DNA of 49,131 nt. It comes from a virus (taxonomy: Duplodnaviria; Caudoviricetes). Below the pieces are notes generated by a model, which was given only the letters and a program-made list of their open reading frames with translations, did no database searches and was not told where the DNA came from. Where the stretch lies: positions 1 through 49,131 of IMG/VR virus record IMGVR_UViG_3300020593_000122; one strand, given 5' to 3'. Every line of letters begins with the position of its first letter. Within the stretch, counting starts at the first letter, position 1. Positions 46,237 to 49,131 of this stretch are shown piece by piece. A program made the position numbers and the translations under genes.

Positions 46237-46354
46237 AGTTCCTCGCCATCCGCGGTTAACTCGAATCGTACTTTAACGCAACGGAAGCGAGCTGGATTGC
46301 CTATCGCCCGGGATTCACGCGCAGGTGGTGTTCCTACACAAATGGGAGGATGCA

Positions 46355-47363
46355 ATGGGTGAGCTCAGCAAGATCGAGTGGACCGACCACACCTTCAATC
46401 CGTGCGAAGGCTGCCAGAAGGTCGGCCCGGGCTGCGACCACTGCTATGCCGAAACCCGCAATGCGCGGTACAACAGCGGCCAAGCCGTGAATTGGGGACC
46501 CGGCACGCCGCGACGCCGCACGAGCGCCGCGAACTGGCGGAAGCCGCTGGCCTGGAATCACGCGCACGAGCAATTTTTCGCTCAGTACGGCTGGCGCCAG
46601 CGCGTGTTCCGCGCATCGCTCGCTGACGTGTTCGATAACGCCACGCCTGATGCTTGGCGTGCGGACCTGATAGACCTGATCTGGAAGACGCCGCGCCTCC
46701 ACTGGCTGCTGTTCACCAAGCGAATCGGCCACGCTGAACGGATGATCGCACGCGCACTGGAACTCGCCGGACGCGGCATCAACACGCCGTGGCCGTGGTC
46801 GAACGTCTGGATCGGCGCCGCCGTCGTCAATCAGGAGGCGGACCGGGACATCCCTAAGCTGCTGGCCGTTCCGGCGGTAAAGCGGTTCCTGAGCATGGAG
46901 CCGCTGCTGGGGCGGGTCGACTTGGCCTGCATCGATCTGAACTACCATGCAGGTCTATCCGCTCAAGGGCACGACCGGATGCGAAACCGACGATGGCGAT
47001 CCGCTGCCGGACATCCCGCCGCTGGACTGGGTCATCGTCGGCGGCGAGAGCGCCCCCCCCCGCGCACGGCCGATGCATCCCGACTGGGCCCGCGGCCTGC
47101 GCGATCAGTGCTCGGCCGCCGGCGTGCCGTTCCTGTTGAAGCAATGGGGCGAACGGGCCCCGGGCTCGGCCGATTTCGGCGCTGGGGGCTTCAGGGCTGC
47201 GGCGATCGCGTCCGATGCACGAGTGGCAGAAGGCGGTTTCAGTGCGGCCGACTACCCTTCCGGCGCCACCAGCGCAGACGGATGGGCCATGCTGCATCGA
47301 GCCGGTAAAAAAGCGGCCGGCCGGTTGCTCGACGGCCGCGAATGGAACGAGGTGCCCCGGTGA
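46355..47363 (+). pseudogene. DUF5131 (phage Gp37/Gp68 family) gene, frameshifted
   Basis: SKIEWTDHTFNP..GC.KV.PGCDHCYAE in one frame; LDWVIVGGES...VPF..KQWGE...GKKAAGRLLDG in the +1 frame from ~46947. Confidence 0.8.
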
Positions 47364-47560
47364 AACGCCGCTGCAGCATCCGCGTACACGCTCGCTGGGA
47401 TGTGCCCTTCCAGGCCACGCCGGCCCAGGTCGCCGACATGCGCGCCGACGGCCTGGTCATCGACGAAATATGCAACACCGTGCCCGGCTGGATGCCGGCG
47501 TGCCTGGTGCGGCTGCTGTGCCGCCTGCAGGACGCCTGGCAGTGGCTGCGGCTTTTCTAG
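47360..47560 (+). CDS. Small hypothetical protein (66 aa)
   Basis: GAGG RBS; GTG start overlapping the upstream stop. Confidence 0.55.
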   Translation: MKRRCSIRVHARWDVPFQATPAQVADMRADGLVIDEICNTVPGWMPACLVRLLCRLQDAWQWLRLF

Positions 47561-47568
47561 GAGGCGAT

Positions 47569-47808
47569 ATGCTGACGCTCTCCCCTGATGAACTTGCCGA
47601 GATCACCGGGAAAACCCGGAAGACTTCCCAAGTCCAAATCCTCCGTGAACTTGGCATCCCGTTTAAGATTCGGCCGAATGGCACCCCGGTGGTGCTCCGC
47701 TCGGCCATGGAGGTTGCTCTAGGCTATGCGACCAAGAACGAAAAACCGCGATCTCCCACCCTGCGTATACCTCAAGCACGGCGCCTACTATCTGGTCAAA
47801 CAGGGTAA
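47569..47808 (+). CDS. Excisionase-like protein (DUF4224)
   Basis: AGGAGG RBS; LSPDELAEITG..R...Q...L..LGIPF..RPNG.PVVLR; overlaps int. Confidence 0.85.
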   Translation: MLTLSPDELAEITGKTRKTSQVQILRELGIPFKIRPNGTPVVLRSAMEVALGYATKNEKPRSPTLRIPQARRLLSGQTG

Positions 47809-48694
47809 GTGGCAGCGGCTGGGCGGCGATCTGAGGTCCGCCCTGCTGGAGTACGCCCGCATCATGGGGTCGCCGCAGGACGGGGTCCCTGACCTCATCG
47901 ACAAGGCCATGCCGTCGATCCTAGAGGACGTCAAGGAATCGACCAGCAAACAGTACCAGTACTGCGCGAGGCTGCTGAAAGAGGTGTTCGCCGAATTTCG
48001 CCCCGAGCAGGTTCGCCACGGCGACATCGTGCAGATGATGGACGGCTTCAAAGACCGGCAGATGGTGGCCAACCGCATGCTGACGGTCCTGCGCCTGGTC
48101 TACAGATGGGCCTTGGATCGACAGATCGTCGAAATGGACCCGACCGTCAGCGTCAAGCGCTTCAAGCAGCGCCCGCGGGATCGGCTGATTTCGGAGGCTG
48201 AATACCTGGCCATCTACAAGGAATGTGCGCCCTGGCTCCAGTGCGTGCTCGATCTGTGCTACCTGACGGGCCAGCGTATCGGCGACGTGCTGGCCATCGA
48301 GCGCGCCCACCTGAGAGATGACGGCATCTACTTCCGGCAGCAGAAGACGGGGAAACAGCTTGTCGTGGCATGGACGCCGGAACTGCGCGACGCCGTCAAG
48401 CGCGCGGAGCAGGAGACGGGTCCGGTAGTCAACATGACTTATCTGCTGGCCGGCCGCGGCGGCAAGTTGCGCGCGCACTCGAATGTCTGGCGCTCGTTCA
48501 AGCTGGCCGCCTCCAAGGCCGGCGTGGGGGACGTCACCCTGCACGACCTCCGGGCCATGGCGGGAACAGAGGTGGATCGCCAGGGCGGCGACGCGACAGG
48601 CCTGCTCGGCCACACCGACCGCCGAACCACGCAAATCTACCTGCGTGACAAGTCTCCCAAGCTGGTCTCCGGGCCTCGGAAAAAGGCTGGATGA
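47726..48694 (+). CDS. int: Tyrosine recombinase (integrase)
   Basis: TGQRIGD (R), QQKTG (K), HDLRA (HxxR), LLGH and TQIY (Y). Confidence 0.96.
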   Translation: MRPRTKNRDLPPCVYLKHGAYYLVKQGKWQRLGGDLRSALLEYARIMGSPQDGVPDLIDKAMPSILEDVKESTSKQYQYCARLLKEVFAEFRPEQVRHGDIVQMMDGFKDRQMVANRMLTVLRLVYRWALDRQIVEMDPTVSVKRFKQRPRDRLISEAEYLAIYKECAPWLQCVLDLCYLTGQRIGDVLAIERAHLRDDGIYFRQQKTGKQLVVAWTPELRDAVKRAEQETGPVVNMTYLLAGRGGKLRAHSNVWRSFKLAASKAGVGDVTLHDLRAMAGTEVDRQGGDATGLLGHTDRRTTQIYLRDKSPKLVSGPRKKAG

Positions 48695-48696
48695 AC

Positions 48697-48742
48697 GTCC
48701 AGTTTTGGACACCGGGTTTTAGACAGTCTAAAGACTTGGACA
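48697..48742. repeat. Integrase arm-type site candidates
   Basis: TTGGACA (48705), TTAGACA (48719), TTGGACA (48736), plus inverted GTCCA and GTCTAA, right after int. Confidence 0.6.
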
Positions 48743-48829
48743 GCAAGACCCAGCAAATACGCGGGTTTCAGGGCATGTCATGTACTCGGTCATCCCCTGG
48801 CCGCGCTGACGGGAAATGCTTCGGATCAT
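48728..48829 (-). pseudogene. 5' fragment of a host Flp/Tad-type pilin gene, interrupted at the att junction
   Basis: AGGGG RBS; MIRSISRQRG|QGMTEY prepilin motif, then non-hydrophobic MTCPETRVFAGSCCPSL-stop. Confidence 0.75.
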
Positions 48830-48960
48830 GCCTAGCCCCTATTCCGTGAACAAGAGGCTGTAGTGTGGAGGCGCCACCGCGCGGCGGCTATTCGCGGATG
48901 CCGAGGTGGGCGAAATGTTCCCGGACGCGCGCGCATGCGTCAACGCGGCACGCCGCGGGC

Positions 48961-48990
48961 AAAAAAAAGACGGCCCCGCCAGGGGCCGTC
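48961..48990 (-). terminator. Intrinsic terminator of the entericidin gene
   Basis: GACGGCCCC-TGGC-GGGGCCGTC followed by a T8 tract on the minus strand. Confidence 0.85.
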
Positions 48991-49008
48991 GATACTGGCC
49001 GCCGAGGC

Positions 49009-49131
49009 TTATTTCTCGGCGGCCGAGGTGATGGCGTTGCCGGCCTGGGATACGTCCTTGCCCATGCCCGCCATGGTATTGCAGCCTTGCAGCACGACAC
49101 CGAAAACGATAAGCGCCGTCAGCATGACTTT
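49009..49131 (-). CDS. Entericidin EcnA/B family lipoprotein (host gene, probably 5'-truncated by the window edge)
   Basis: KVMLTALIVFGVVLQG|CNTMAGMGKDVSQAGNAITSAAEK. Confidence 0.88.
   Translation of the reverse strand, partial: KVMLTALIVFGVVLQGCNTMAGMGKDVSQAGNAITSAAEK

Larger units (their letters stand above)
1..48780. mobile_element. Lambda-like temperate prophage (left boundary at or beyond the window edge)
   Basis: Full set of lysis, tail, head, terminase, replication, immunity and int/xis modules in lambdoid order; host genes begin after ~48780. Confidence 0.97.

Overview
Almost the whole window (about 1-48780) is a GC-rich, lambda-like (siphovirus-type) prophage, probably in a Betaproteobacterium such as an Alcaligenaceae member (inference). 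From left to right it holds: a LexA-box-controlled small-gene cluster; a lipoprotein moron; a lysis cassette (spanins, M15 endolysin, two holins); a lambda-type tail module with an extended gpJ and a 3-gene fibre/lectin insert between M and L; head and packaging genes; hicAB; a Q-like gene with late promoter; RusA, a replication initiator with iterons, an antirepressor, Ref nuclease, CII, cro and cI with OR operators; a HipA-like kinase + DUF3037-like pair in the rexAB slot; PL/OL and an early operon (structured non-coding regions, ssb, rdgC, beta-clamp-like, ParB-like, a broken DUF5131 gene); and xis/int. The right junction (~48780) falls inside a host Flp/Tad-type pilin gene (MIRSISRQRGQGMTEY|), which lies downstream of a host entericidin gene. 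The other att site is not visible in the window. Leading candidates for new biology are the kinase/DUF3037 pair, integration into the pilin gene, and a ~700-bp array of helix-ACCA structured RNA units. All family assignments come from motif recognition by eye; no database searches were run.
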